Shown here in pieces: positions 9,809 to 19,620 of a stretch of DNA of 59,386 nucleotides; position 1 is the first letter of the stretch; each line of letters begins with the position of its first letter. The notes below the pieces were generated by a model. The model was not told where the DNA came from. It saw only the letters and a list, made by a program, of their open reading frames with translations, and searched no databases. The position numbers were made by a program, and so were the translations under genes. Location: contig JAWLBL010000039.1 of the NCBI GenBank assembly GCA_041687695.1, positions 1 through 59,386 of the forward strand, read 5' to 3'. The stretch is from Myxococcota bacterium. Lineage in GTDB: Bacteria > Myxococcota_A > UBA9042 > PHBI01 > JAWLBL01.

Positions 9809-12031
9809 ATGCGCCGCCGCCTGCTGTCCCTGTGTCTCGCCCCCGCGCTCGCCCTCGCCGCCTGCGGCGACGAGCCCGCCACGACGCCCGATGCCGCGGA
9901 CGCGGCCGCCGAGGTCGACGTGACGGAGCCCGACGCGGACGGGGACGTCCCCAGCGAGGACGACACCGGCGCCGACGCGACCGAGGATGTCGAGGCTGAG
10001 ACCACGGCGGACGTCGAGGCGGACGTCGACCCCGGCCCGCCGGCGTTGGTCCTGCAGGCGACCATCGCCGCGCCGGCCGCCGACCCGTTGACCGACGCCG
10101 AGGTCGTCAGCTGCCCGGTCTACCTGGACGAGCGCTGCGAGGACGGCCAGCGGCTGCGCTGCGACCTGTACGACACGGGCGCCGCGAGCTGGGCGGACGC
10201 GCCCGACCCGCTGCTGCGGCGCGCCTACCTGTACGACCGCTGGTACGACCGCTTCAGCTCGCCCGACGGGCAGACGGCCGAGCGCCTGTTCAAGGTCGCG
10301 ATGCCCGGCGACGCCCCCGAGGAGGTCTGGACCAGCGCCGAGGCCTTCGCCGGCTGGGCGGGCGAGGGCGACTCGGCCATCTGGACGGGCGCGGCGCTGA
10401 ACGCGGCCATCTACCGCTACGCCGCGACCGGGACCGAGGCCGACTACGCGCGCATGGAGGCCAAGGTCCGCGATCTGGTGCTGAAGTTCGACGTGACCGG
10501 CATCCCCGGCTACCTGGCGCGCTACCACTTCCTGCTGATGCCCCCCGGCGGCCCGCAGAGTGACCAGCACGTGCTGCGCCACGAGGACACGTCGCCGCCC
10601 AAGCCGCGCGACAACCCCATCGAGGCGCCCGAGGCCATCGCGGGCCTGCCGGCCGCCTACCTGGACGGCGTCCCGGACTCGGAGGGCACGCTGGTGAAGG
10701 GCGTGCCCTACTGGAACGGGCACCCGTCCATCGACCAGTACTCCGGGCCGATGATGACCTTCCCCATCGCCTGGCACCTGGTGAAGGACGAGGCGCTCAA
10801 GGGGCGCATGGCCCACCACCTGACCTGCTACCTCAAGCGTCTCGAGCGGCTGGAGATCATCAACCTGCAGGCCAACCCCGAGGTGCTGGAGGCGATGACC
10901 AGCTACTTCGGTGGCGGCGTGCTGCAGCTCGACCCGGACGACGTCGACCTCACCCAGATCGACCGCATCGTCGGCTACTACCACGCGGGCTTCAACGCCA
11001 AGAACGCCGACACCTTCGACCGGACCTGCCCCGACACGCTGCCGACCACGCCGACGCGCGTCCTCGACGCCGCCAGCGACAGCTTCTTTCTGGACATGAT
11101 CGACCTGGCCTCGGATCTCCAGGAGACGCAGGTCCGCCCCGGTCAAATCGACCACTTCTACGCGCCCAGCGTCCGCGGCGGCGACGCCAGCCACATGATC
11201 CACCTGGCCGTCATGGCGTTCATGATGACCGGCGACGAGCAGTACCGGAGCTTCCTGTTCGACGAGCTGGTCGATGAGGTCGGCGCCCTCGAGGTGGCGC
11301 GCACCATGATGGCGTTCCGGCTGCCCGACTGGTGTTTCAAGTTCTACGGCGACCACATCACCTACACGACGCACTGGCAGCTCATCACCATGCTGGCCGA
11401 CTCGCCCCTGCGCGACGCGATGGTCGAGGTGATGGCCGGCGAGGCCTGGGACAAGGCGCTGAAGACCCACCACAGCGCCCTGTTCGGCGTGATGTTCGGC
11501 TCGAGCGTCACGCCCGAGCAGCACCCCGACGTGCCGACCGCCATCGCGCAGGCGGTGGCGCAGCTGCAGGCCTTCGGCGGCAACGACGGCGTGCTCGACG
11601 CCCCGCGGCGCACCTACACGCGCACGCGCCAGGAGATCATCGACGCGCTGCCCGAGGGGCTCACCCTGCGCTGCCCCACCGAGGAGGAGCGCACCCAATG
11701 CGAGGACGGCGGGGATCTCTTCGGCATCCCGCTCGAGTCCAAGCCCATCACCTTCACCTGCGACGGCCGCCCCGGCGAGTGCGTCATGGCCGACGGCAAG
11801 TGCGCCAACGCCCTCGCCTCCCACGGCCTGCCGCCCGACCTGCGCATCTACGGCGATTTCCAGTGGCAGCGCAGCCCCTTCGACATCGGCGACCTGGCCG
11901 GCCTGCAGGGCGCCAAGCAGTCCCCCGGCCGCGATCTGGCCGAGCCCTACTGGATGGCCCGCCACTACGGCTTCATCACCGAGGGCGCCGGCACCGTCCT
12001 CGCCTGGCGCCCCGCCGGCGACTGCGAGTGA
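9809..12031 (+). CDS. Hypothetical lipoprotein, about 740 aa
   Basis: Lipobox LAAC after MRRRLLSLCLAPALA; acidic linker; GC3-biased frame; SD gaggag. Confidence 0.8.
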   Translation: MRRRLLSLCLAPALALAACGDEPATTPDAADAAAEVDVTEPDADGDVPSEDDTGADATEDVEAETTADVEADVDPGPPALVLQATIAAPAADPLTDAEVVSCPVYLDERCEDGQRLRCDLYDTGAASWADAPDPLLRRAYLYDRWYDRFSSPDGQTAERLFKVAMPGDAPEEVWTSAEAFAGWAGEGDSAIWTGAALNAAIYRYAATGTEADYARMEAKVRDLVLKFDVTGIPGYLARYHFLLMPPGGPQSDQHVLRHEDTSPPKPRDNPIEAPEAIAGLPAAYLDGVPDSEGTLVKGVPYWNGHPSIDQYSGPMMTFPIAWHLVKDEALKGRMAHHLTCYLKRLERLEIINLQANPEVLEAMTSYFGGGVLQLDPDDVDLTQIDRIVGYYHAGFNAKNADTFDRTCPDTLPTTPTRVLDAASDSFFLDMIDLASDLQETQVRPGQIDHFYAPSVRGGDASHMIHLAVMAFMMTGDEQYRSFLFDELVDEVGALEVARTMMAFRLPDWCFKFYGDHITYTTHWQLITMLADSPLRDAMVEVMAGEAWDKALKTHHSALFGVMFGSSVTPEQHPDVPTAIAQAVAQLQAFGGNDGVLDAPRRTYTRTRQEIIDALPEGLTLRCPTEEERTQCEDGGDLFGIPLESKPITFTCDGRPGECVMADGKCANALASHGLPPDLRIYGDFQWQRSPFDIGDLAGLQGAKQSPGRDLAEPYWMARHYGFITEGAGTVLAWRPAGDCE

Positions 12032-12034
12032 CCC

Positions 12035-12072
12035 GGCCCAAGCAGCGCTCCGTCGTCTTCGAGTAGCGGCGG
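12035..12072 (+). repeat. 38-bp perfect direct repeat, copy 1 (copy 2 at 12671-12708)
   Basis: ggcccaagcagcgctccgtcgtcttcgagtagcggcgg occurs at both positions. Confidence 0.9.
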
Positions 12073-12162
12073 GTCGGGCCGGGACGCGGCGTGGGCCAGA
12101 CATTGGCGGCGACCGGGAGGGGAGCCATGGGAGGGCCGCAGCCGGAGCCGGCCAACCTGCGG

Positions 12163-12439
12163 TCACATGAGCGGCGGACCCAGCCCGAGCGGCTCGATGG
12201 CGCGGAGGAACGGGTTGACGACCTCCAAGCCATCGATCCGGACTCCGTCCTGCAGGTCCTCGGTCAAGAGGGCTTCGCAACGGGATTGCAGGGCCGCGCT
12301 CACGCTCAGGGCATCCCACCAGGAGTCACCCAATCGGTCCTCGATTGAGGACGGCGTTGGCACGGTCGCGTTTGCGAGGCTCATCGACGTCATGTCGGTA
12401 CACCAGAACGTTGGTGTCGACGAAGAAGGGGCCACTCAC
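12163..12439 (-). pseudogene. PIN/VapC toxin pseudogene (internal deletion and frameshift)
   Basis: N-terminal FFVDTNVLVYRHDVDEPRKRDRA and C-terminal SWWDALSVSAALQSRCEALLTEDLQDG..VVNPF lie in different frames; the middle of the PIN domain is missing. Confidence 0.8.
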
Positions 12440-12441
12440 CG

Positions 12442-12555
12442 CTAGCCCTCGAGGACCTCGCCCACGAACCGTGAGACGCTCATCTCGCGTTCGGCGGCCG
12501 CGCGTCTCGCCCACCGGGCCACATCCTCGTCCATGGTGATCGTCAGGTTCTTCAT
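12442..12555 (-). pseudogene. Truncated RHH/CopG antitoxin (37 aa)
   Basis: MKNLTITMDEDVARWARRAAAEREMSVSRFVGEVLEG*: RHH intact, C-terminal part absent; palindrome CCACGA-ggt-TCGTGG at 12573-12587 upstream. Confidence 0.75.
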
Positions 12556-12670
12556 GGCACGAAATTGGAGCCCCACGAGGTTCGTGGCAACGAGGGGAGC
12601 CGGCGTCGGTGCGTCGGATCAGCGCCGGTCGCGGAGGCGCCGGCGACGGCGCGGGCAATCCATCGGAGCA

Positions 12671-12708
12671 GGCCCAAGCAGCGCTCCGTCGTCTTCGAGT
12701 AGCGGCGG
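12671..12708 (+). repeat. 38-bp perfect direct repeat, copy 2
   Basis: Identical to 12035-12072. Confidence 0.9.
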
Positions 12709-12767
12709 CCGTGGCATGGACCGAGGGGCGGTGCTAACGTCCGCGCGTTCCGAACAGGGGTGACGCG

Positions 12768-14198
12768 ATGCGGACGTGGGCCGGGTTGGCGCGTGGGGTC
12801 GTGGCTGGGGCGATCGTGGCCTCGGGGTGGGGCTGCGCGGCGGGGGGGCAGGTGAAGGACTCCTTGCCCGTGGCCGAGGCGCCGGCAGAGGCGCCGACAG
12901 AGGCGCCCGTCGAGGTAGCGCCGGCGGCCGAGCCGGTCGCGAGGGCCGCGGCGCCTGCGTTCGACCTGGGGTTCGACATCCTGCCGCCGGACCCGCCGGC
13001 CAAGGCCTTCAAGGCCAACACGGCCGGGCTCAAGCGGCACGAGGCGGGCGACTGGGCGGCGTCGAAGGCCCTGTTCGCCGAGGCGGTGGGTGTCGCGGCC
13101 GAGTACGACCTGGCGCGCTACAACCTGGCGTGCGCGCACGCGCGGCTGGGCGAGCTGGACGCGGCCGCGGCCGAGCTCAGGACGGTGCTGGAGCGCGACC
13201 TGCCGCGCTTTCGGCGGCGCTGGGACGAGGACCAGGACCTGGTGGCGCTGCGGCGCTCACCGCAGGGCGAGGCGCTGAGGCTGCACCTCGAGGCGCTCGA
13301 GCAGGCCTGGGTGGCGGCGGTGCGGGGAGGCGTTCCGGCGGTGCTGGTGCGCGAGCAGCTCCACGCGGTCACGGGCACCAGAGCCGTGGGCCAGGTGCGG
13401 CCGGGGGTGTGGAACCACGGCCTGCGGCGCTTCATCCCGACCATGGACGAGCTCGAGGACTCGTTCAGCGCGCTGACCGACCCGGTGCACGGGCAGGCCA
13501 TCACGCTGATCGCGACGCCGGACTTCAACGACGGCGCCAAGCTGGTGACCGCTTCGGTGGCCGTGGCGCCGCTGGACCCGCCCGGCGTGCCGCCGCGCAT
13601 CACCAGGCTGGGTGACGAGGCCCTGGACGCGGTCGAGCTGCACGCCATCGCCCAGGGCGCGCGCGTCCGGACCAACGGCGTCCGGACGGCGTGGCGTGAG
13701 CTGCGGGCGGGCGGGCTGGTGCGGTCTCCGACGCAGGACGGCCCCGACCGGCCCGTGTTGAAGGTGAACGCCGACGGCACCTTGCTGTTCCAGCCCCCGC
13801 CGTCCGGGTTCAGCGTCAAGGGAGCCAAGCTGTTCGCGCCCGGCGCCGCCGTCGGCATCGCGCTGCAGCGCCGGCACGGCGTCTCGCCGCTGCACTCGGT
13901 CCTGACGACCGGGGACGGGGCGGTCGCCATCGTCACCTCGATGCGCGCGAAGTGCCACGACGGCGAGTCGGTGCTGCGCCACGTCATCGACCGCGTGGAC
14001 CTGCGGGCGCGCTCGGCCGAGCCGCTGAGCGACGACAAGGGCCAGGGCGCCGCCGCGCTGGGCCCCGACGGCGCGCTGTACCTGCAGATCGGCGACACCG
14101 TGCACCGCTACGCGACCGTCACCGCGACCAGCCACGAGAAGCTGCCCGACGGGGTCCGCCTGGTCGCCCCGATGGGCGAGCCGACCTGCGCGGACTAG
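12768..14198 (+). CDS. TPR-containing lipoprotein
   Basis: Lipobox GWGC; TPR-like RYNLACAHARLGELDAAAAEL...DQDLVALR. Confidence 0.75.
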   Translation: MRTWAGLARGVVAGAIVASGWGCAAGGQVKDSLPVAEAPAEAPTEAPVEVAPAAEPVARAAAPAFDLGFDILPPDPPAKAFKANTAGLKRHEAGDWAASKALFAEAVGVAAEYDLARYNLACAHARLGELDAAAAELRTVLERDLPRFRRRWDEDQDLVALRRSPQGEALRLHLEALEQAWVAAVRGGVPAVLVREQLHAVTGTRAVGQVRPGVWNHGLRRFIPTMDELEDSFSALTDPVHGQAITLIATPDFNDGAKLVTASVAVAPLDPPGVPPRITRLGDEALDAVELHAIAQGARVRTNGVRTAWRELRAGGLVRSPTQDGPDRPVLKVNADGTLLFQPPPSGFSVKGAKLFAPGAAVGIALQRRHGVSPLHSVLTTGDGAVAIVTSMRAKCHDGESVLRHVIDRVDLRARSAEPLSDDKGQGAAALGPDGALYLQIGDTVHRYATVTATSHEKLPDGVRLVAPMGEPTCAD

Positions 14199-14235
14199 AC
14201 GGGGCGACGAGGGGAGCCGGCGTCGGGCGTGGCAG

Positions 14236-14991
14236 TCAGCGCCGGTCGCGGGGGCGGATGCCGACGACGGCGCGCTCGATCCAGCGGACGAGGCCGTGGG
14301 CGGCGCGGAGCTCGGCCTTGGTAGGCTGGGCGCGGGCGAGCATGCGGCGGACGCGGGCGCGCATGTGCTCGATCTTGGGGTCGCCCTCGCGGAAGGCCTG
14401 CAGGCCCGCCAGGGTCGACCACAGGCGGTCGACGTAGGCGTCGATGGCGCCGCGGGACTCGGGCGGGTCGTCGGTCGAGGCCGGCTCGGGGGCGCCGGAG
14501 GCCTCTTGGCGCGCGCGCAAGAGCTCGTAGGAGGCCACCTGCACGGCGGCGGCCAGGTTCAGCGACGACAGCTCGGGGCCGGTGGGGATCCAGGCGGTCG
14601 CGTGGCAGTGGGTCAGCTCGTCGTTGTTCAGGCCGGTGCGCTCGTTGCCGAAGACGACGGCGACCGGACCGGAGGCGGCGTGGCGGACGGCCTCGCGGGC
14701 GGCGTCGGCGATGTCCATCGAGGGCGGCCCCTCGTGACGGTTGCGGGCGCTGAGGCCGACGACCCACACGCAGTCGTCGATGGCGGACGCCAGGTCGCGG
14801 TGGACGCGGGCGCGCTCGAGCACGTCCACGGCGCCCGAGGCGCGGATGGTCGCCTCCTCGCTGGGGTGCTGGGCCGGGGCGGCCAGGGCGAGGTCGGTGA
14901 GCCCCATGACCTTCATCGCGCGGGCGGCGGCGCCGATGTTGCCGGGGTGACTTGGGCGGCAGAGGACGATTCGCACGGGCGGAGAGTGCAT
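14236..14991 (-). CDS. trmJ: tRNA (cytidine/uridine-2'-O)-methyltransferase TrmJ (SPOUT)
   Basis: RIVLCRPSHPGNIGAAARAMKVMGL, VFGNERTGLNNDEL, SSLNLAAAVQVASYE. Confidence 0.92.
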   Translation of the reverse strand: MHSPPVRIVLCRPSHPGNIGAAARAMKVMGLTDLALAAPAQHPSEEATIRASGAVDVLERARVHRDLASAIDDCVWVVGLSARNRHEGPPSMDIADAAREAVRHAASGPVAVVFGNERTGLNNDELTHCHATAWIPTGPELSSLNLAAAVQVASYELLRARQEASGAPEPASTDDPPESRGAIDAYVDRLWSTLAGLQAFREGDPKIEHMRARVRRMLARAQPTKAELRAAHGLVRWIERAVVGIRPRDRR

Positions 14992-15032
14992 CAGGGGTGC
15001 GGCGGGCGCAACGCGCGTCTACGATGGCGGGC

Positions 15033-15734
15033 ATGAAGGACGGGGACGCGGCGGCCGTGGCCGGCTACTACGACCGGGTCGCCGGCAGCTACCTGTCGGG
15101 CACCCGGCGGACCCTGCACTACGAACCGGCGGCGCGGGCGTGGGTGCGGGCCGAGGCCCAGCGGGTGAGCGCGGAGGGCCGGACGCCGCGGGTGCTGGAC
15201 GTGGGGTGCGGGCCGGGGCAGGTGACGGGCGACCTGCCGGGCGGGGTCGAGGTGGTGGGCTGCGACGTCAGCCGAGGCATGGTGGCGCGGGCGCGGCAGG
15301 CGCGGCCGGACGGGCGCTACTTCGAGCACGACTATCACGAGCCGCTGCCGGCCATGGCGCCGGTCGACGTGGCGCTGGCGGTCGGGTGCTTCGAGTTCTG
15401 CCGGGACCTGGCGCGGGTGCTGGGCCACCTGGGTCGGGTGATGCGGCCGGGCGGGCGGCTGCTGATGAGCGTGGTCGAGCGGCGGGCGGGCCTGGAGGGG
15501 CACGAGGTCGAGCGGGTGGTCCTGTCGCGGCGGCGTGAGGGGACGCTGGAACTGCGGCTGTTCGGACTGGCCGAGGTGGCGGGGGCCGCGGCCAAGGCGG
15601 GCTGGCAGCCGGTCGCCTATCGGCTGCAGCGCGGGTGGTCGGAGGCCGGGCACACCTGGCACTACGGAATGTGGGAGCTGGTCTGGCCCGACGCGCCGCT
15701 GTACACGCTGCGGGCGGGCTGGCCGGCCGGCTGA
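15033..15734 (+). CDS. Class I SAM-dependent methyltransferase
   Basis: [40 protein letters not shown]. Confidence 0.85.
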   Translation: MKDGDAAAVAGYYDRVAGSYLSGTRRTLHYEPAARAWVRAEAQRVSAEGRTPRVLDVGCGPGQVTGDLPGGVEVVGCDVSRGMVARARQARPDGRYFEHDYHEPLPAMAPVDVALAVGCFEFCRDLARVLGHLGRVMRPGGRLLMSVVERRAGLEGHEVERVVLSRRREGTLELRLFGLAEVAGAAAKAGWQPVAYRLQRGWSEAGHTWHYGMWELVWPDAPLYTLRAGWPAG

Positions 15735-15823
15735 CGTCGGAGCGCGTCCGCCAAACGCCTGGTTCCTTGGCCCGACGCGCCGTAGGTTGGACAACCTTGC
15801 GACCTGCCGACCCGAGGTGTCCC

Positions 15824-16960
15824 ATGAAGACCAAGGCCGCCGTCGCGACCGCGCCCGGCAAACCGCTGGAGATCCTGGAGCTGGACCTGGACGGCCCGCG
15901 CGAGGGCGAGGTCCTCGTCGAGGTGCGCGCGACCGGCGTGTGCCACACCGACGCCTACACGCTGAGCGGCGACGACCCCGAGGGGATCTTCCCGTCGGTG
16001 CTCGGCCACGAGGGCGGCGGCGTGGTGGTCGACGTGGGCAAGGGCGTGACGTCGTTGAAGAAGGGCGACCACGTCATCCCGCTGTACACGCCCGAGTGCC
16101 GCGAGTGCGAGTACTGCCTGAACCCCAAGACCAACCTGTGCCAGCGCATCCGCGCGACCCAGGGCAAGGGGCTGATGCCGGACGGGACCAGCCGCTTCCG
16201 CTACGGCCGCGAGGTCATCCACCACTACATGGGGACCTCGACCTTCTCGCAGTACACGGTGCTGCCGGAGATCGCGGTGGCGAAGATCCGCCAGGACGCT
16301 CCCCTGGACAAGGTCTGCCTGCTGGGCTGCGGGGTCACGACCGGCCTCGGCGCGGTGATTCGGACCGCCAAGGTCGAGCCCGGCTCGAACGTGGTCGTCT
16401 TCGGGCTGGGTGCCATCGGCCTCAACGTCATCCAGGGCGCGAAGATGGTGGGCGCCGACATGATCGTCGGGGTCGACATCAACCCGAAGAAGGAGGCCGA
16501 GGGGCGGCGCTACGGGATGACCCACTTCGTGAACCCCAAGGACGTGCAGGGCGACCTGGTGGCGCACCTGGTCGAGCTGACGCGCGGCGGGGCGGACTAC
16601 AGCTTCGAGTGCGTGGGCAACGTGAAGCTGATGCGGCAGGCGCTCGAGTGCGCGCACAAGGGCTGGGGCGAGAGCATCATCATCGGCGTCGCCGGGGCCG
16701 GGCAGGAGATCGCGACCCGCCCCTTCCAGCTGGTCACCGGGCGGTCGTGGCGCGGCAGCGCCTTCGGCGGCATGCGCGGGCGGACCGACGTGCCGAAGCT
16801 GGTCGACTGGTACATGGACGGCAAGATCGAGGTGGACGCCCAGGTGACCTTCGAGTTCGGCCTGGACGACATCAACCAGGCCTTCCACGAGATGCACGCG
16901 GGAGAGGCGGTCCGGAGCGTCATCCACATGCACGGCCACACGCACGGGGCGCCGGCGTGA
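15824..16960 (+). CDS. frmA: S-(hydroxymethyl)glutathione dehydrogenase / class III alcohol dehydrogenase
   Basis: [51 protein letters not shown]. Confidence 0.97.
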   Translation: MKTKAAVATAPGKPLEILELDLDGPREGEVLVEVRATGVCHTDAYTLSGDDPEGIFPSVLGHEGGGVVVDVGKGVTSLKKGDHVIPLYTPECRECEYCLNPKTNLCQRIRATQGKGLMPDGTSRFRYGREVIHHYMGTSTFSQYTVLPEIAVAKIRQDAPLDKVCLLGCGVTTGLGAVIRTAKVEPGSNVVVFGLGAIGLNVIQGAKMVGADMIVGVDINPKKEAEGRRYGMTHFVNPKDVQGDLVAHLVELTRGGADYSFECVGNVKLMRQALECAHKGWGESIIIGVAGAGQEIATRPFQLVTGRSWRGSAFGGMRGRTDVPKLVDWYMDGKIEVDAQVTFEFGLDDINQAFHEMHAGEAVRSVIHMHGHTHGAPA

Positions 16961-17796
16961 GCGGGGCGAAGATCGTCAGCGAGTGGAAGAGCTTCGGCGG
17001 ACGGCAGCTGGTGGTCGAGCACGCCTCCGAGGCGTGCGGCGTGCCGATGCGGTTCTCGCTGTACCTGCCGCCCGGGGTGACGCGCCCGCCGGTCCTGACC
17101 TTCCTGTCGGGGCTGACCTGCACCTGGGAGAACGTCACGACCAAGGCCGGGTTCCAGCGGTGGGCCGCCGAGGCCGGCCTGGCGGTCGTGGCGCCCGACA
17201 CCAGCCCGCGCGGACAGGGCGTCCCCGACGCCGAGGGCCGCTGGGACCTGGGCGTGGGCGCGGGGTTCTACGTGAACGCGACGCACGAGCCCTGGGCGCG
17301 GCACTACCAGATGGACCGCTACGTCACGGACGAGCTGCCGCAGGTGCTGGCCGGCTTCGACCTGGATCTGGAGCGACAGGGCCTGATGGGCCACTCGATG
17401 GGCGGCCACGGCGCGCTGGTCTTCGGGCTGCGGCACCCCGAGCGCTATCGGTCGGTGTCGGCCTTCTCGCCCATCGTGGCGCCGACCCAGGTGCCGTGGG
17501 GCCAGCAGGCGTTTTCGGCCTATCTGGGCGACGACCGCGCGGCCTGGAGCCGGTACGACGCGACCGAGCTGGTGCGCCAGCGGCCGCGGCGCGACATCAC
17601 CCTCCTCGTCGACCAGGGGTCGCAGGACGGCTTCCTGGACGAGCAGCTGCGCCCCGAGCTGTTCGAGCAGGCCTGCCGGCAGGCCGGGCAGCCGCTGAGG
17701 CTCGACATGCGCGACGGCTACGACCACTCGTACTACTTCATCGCGAGCTTCATGGAGGACCACGTCGCGCACCACGCGCGGGCGCTCTGCGGCTGA
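16957..17796 (+). CDS. fghA: S-formylglutathione hydrolase
   Basis: GTG start overlaps the frmA stop (GTGA); [36 protein letters not shown]. Confidence 0.96.
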   Translation: MSGAKIVSEWKSFGGRQLVVEHASEACGVPMRFSLYLPPGVTRPPVLTFLSGLTCTWENVTTKAGFQRWAAEAGLAVVAPDTSPRGQGVPDAEGRWDLGVGAGFYVNATHEPWARHYQMDRYVTDELPQVLAGFDLDLERQGLMGHSMGGHGALVFGLRHPERYRSVSAFSPIVAPTQVPWGQQAFSAYLGDDRAAWSRYDATELVRQRPRRDITLLVDQGSQDGFLDEQLRPELFEQACRQAGQPLRLDMRDGYDHSYYFIASFMEDHVAHHARALCG

Positions 17797-17813
17797 GGGA
17801 GGCTGAGCGGCGC

Positions 17814-18530
17814 TCAGGCGTCCAGCGCGCGGGCGCGGCGCGCGATCTCGGCGTCGGGCGCGCCGCCGTCGACGCGCGCCGCGGCGAACCAGCTGGCGCC
17901 GTCGTCGGTCAGCGGCTCGGTGTCCGGCGCGTGCAGGAGCAGCCGGCGCGAGGCGCCGAGCGTGGCCTGCTCGACCGACCAGTCGACGTGGCCCTCGATG
18001 AGGTCCGGGGCGAGCGAGGTCGAGCGCAGCGCGGTCCAGGCGCGTTGCACGACGTAGAGCTCGCCAGAGAGCACGCCGTGCACCCGCACCGTCAGGCCGG
18101 GCTCGCCGTCCTGGTCGGGGTCGCGCACGCGCGGGTCGTCGGGCCGGCGCGGCAGCGGGTCCTGGTGGGGGTCGGCCAGCGTCGCGCCCATCACCGCGGC
18201 GGCCCGGGGCAGCACCAGGGTCGGGCCGGGCTCGAGGCGGGCCACGCGGTCGAGCGGGTCGATGCCCTCGAGCGCCTCGCGCGGCACCTCGGCGCGCGCC
18301 AGGCGCGAGCCCGAGTCGATCTCGAGGTCGAGCACCCGCCAGCGCACGGACAGCGTGGCCGGCGAGTCCCCCGGCCACACGTCCACACGCGCCGCGCTGG
18401 TCGTCACCGTGGTCACGCGCCCGACGCGCGCCACGCGGGCTCGCGCGCGCAAGACCTGGAAGAAGGCCCAGGCGCCGGTCAGGTCCGGCGCCGCGTCCTT
18501 CGGCTCGTCCGATCGGGGAGTCCCGCTCAT
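17814..18530 (-). CDS. Hypothetical protein
   Basis: GC3-biased frame filling the gap; contains DPDQDGEPGLTV. Confidence 0.65.
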   Translation of the reverse strand: MSGTPRSDEPKDAAPDLTGAWAFFQVLRARARVARVGRVTTVTTSAARVDVWPGDSPATLSVRWRVLDLEIDSGSRLARAEVPREALEGIDPLDRVARLEPGPTLVLPRAAAVMGATLADPHQDPLPRRPDDPRVRDPDQDGEPGLTVRVHGVLSGELYVVQRAWTALRSTSLAPDLIEGHVDWSVEQATLGASRRLLLHAPDTEPLTDDGASWFAAARVDGGAPDAEIARRARALDA

Positions 18531-18609
18531 GCCGACAACCGTAGGCGTGGACGGCGGCGCGGCAATCGCCGACCGCGCAGGCGCCGGAGGTCGTGCTACG
18601 GTGCGCAAC

Positions 18610-19599
18610 ATGCGCGCCGTGCGACTGAGGGCCTATGGGCCGCCCGAGCAGCTGAGCGTCGAGGAGGTGCCCGAGCCGCGGCTCGAGCGGCCGACCGACG
18701 TGCGGGTCGCGGTGCGGGCGGCGGGGGTGAACCCGATCGACTGGAAGATCCGGGCGGGCGGGCAGCGCGGGGCGATTCGGCTGAAGCTGCCGTGGACGCT
18801 GGGGCTGGACGTGTCCGGGGTGGTGACCGAGGTCGGCCCAGGGGTGAGGCGCTTTTCGGTGGGCGACGAGGTCTATGGCTGCCCCGACCATCGGCGGCCG
18901 GGCAGCTACGCCGAGCAGTGCGTCGTCGCCGAGGCGAACCTGGCGAAGAAGCCGCGGACGGTGAGCCATGTCGAGGCGGCGTCGCTGCCGCTGGTGGGGC
19001 TGACCGCGTGGCAGTGCCTGCTGCCGCGGCTGGCGCGGCGGCCCGGGCAGCGGGTGCTGGTGCAGGCGGGCAGCGGCGGGGTGGGGACCTTCGCGATTCA
19101 GCTGGCCAAGCACCACGGGGCGTGGGTGGCGACGACGTGTTCCAAGAGGAACCACGCGCTGGTGCGGTCGGTGGGGGCCGACCTGGCCATCGACTATCAC
19201 GAGCAGCGCTGGGAGGAAGCAGCGGGGGACGTGGACGTGGTGCTGGAGGCGGTCGGGGAGCGGGAGCGGGCGCTGAGGCACGTGGGGCGCGGGGCGCGGG
19301 TGGCGTCGATCGTCAGCGGGCTGCCCGAGCGCACCGAGCGGTATGGGCCGAACCTGGGGCTGGTGGTGACGGCGCTGGGGGTGGCGGGGTTCTGGCTGCG
19401 TGGGCGGCTGCGGGGCGTGGACGCGGTGACGGTGGTCAAGCGCAACGACCCCGGGCAGCTCGAGGCCATCGCGGGTCTGGTCGAGGCGGGGGCCATCCGG
19501 CCGGTGGTCGACCGGGTGTACCCGCTGGCCGAGGCGGCCGAGGCGCATCGGTACGGGCAGACGGGGCGGTCGCGCGGCAAGATCGTGCTCGAGACCTGA
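18610..19599 (+). CDS. NADP-dependent oxidoreductase (MDR/quinone reductase family)
   Basis: AAGVNPIDWKIRAG, LGLDVSG, AASLPLVGLTAWQ, GSGGVGTFAIQLAK, GKIVL. Confidence 0.92.
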   Translation: MRAVRLRAYGPPEQLSVEEVPEPRLERPTDVRVAVRAAGVNPIDWKIRAGGQRGAIRLKLPWTLGLDVSGVVTEVGPGVRRFSVGDEVYGCPDHRRPGSYAEQCVVAEANLAKKPRTVSHVEAASLPLVGLTAWQCLLPRLARRPGQRVLVQAGSGGVGTFAIQLAKHHGAWVATTCSKRNHALVRSVGADLAIDYHEQRWEEAAGDVDVVLEAVGERERALRHVGRGARVASIVSGLPERTERYGPNLGLVVTALGVAGFWLRGRLRGVDAVTVVKRNDPGQLEAIAGLVEAGAIRPVVDRVYPLAEAAEAHRYGQTGRSRGKIVLET

Positions 19600-19620
19600 A
19601 CAGGCGCTATCTTGCGCGCC

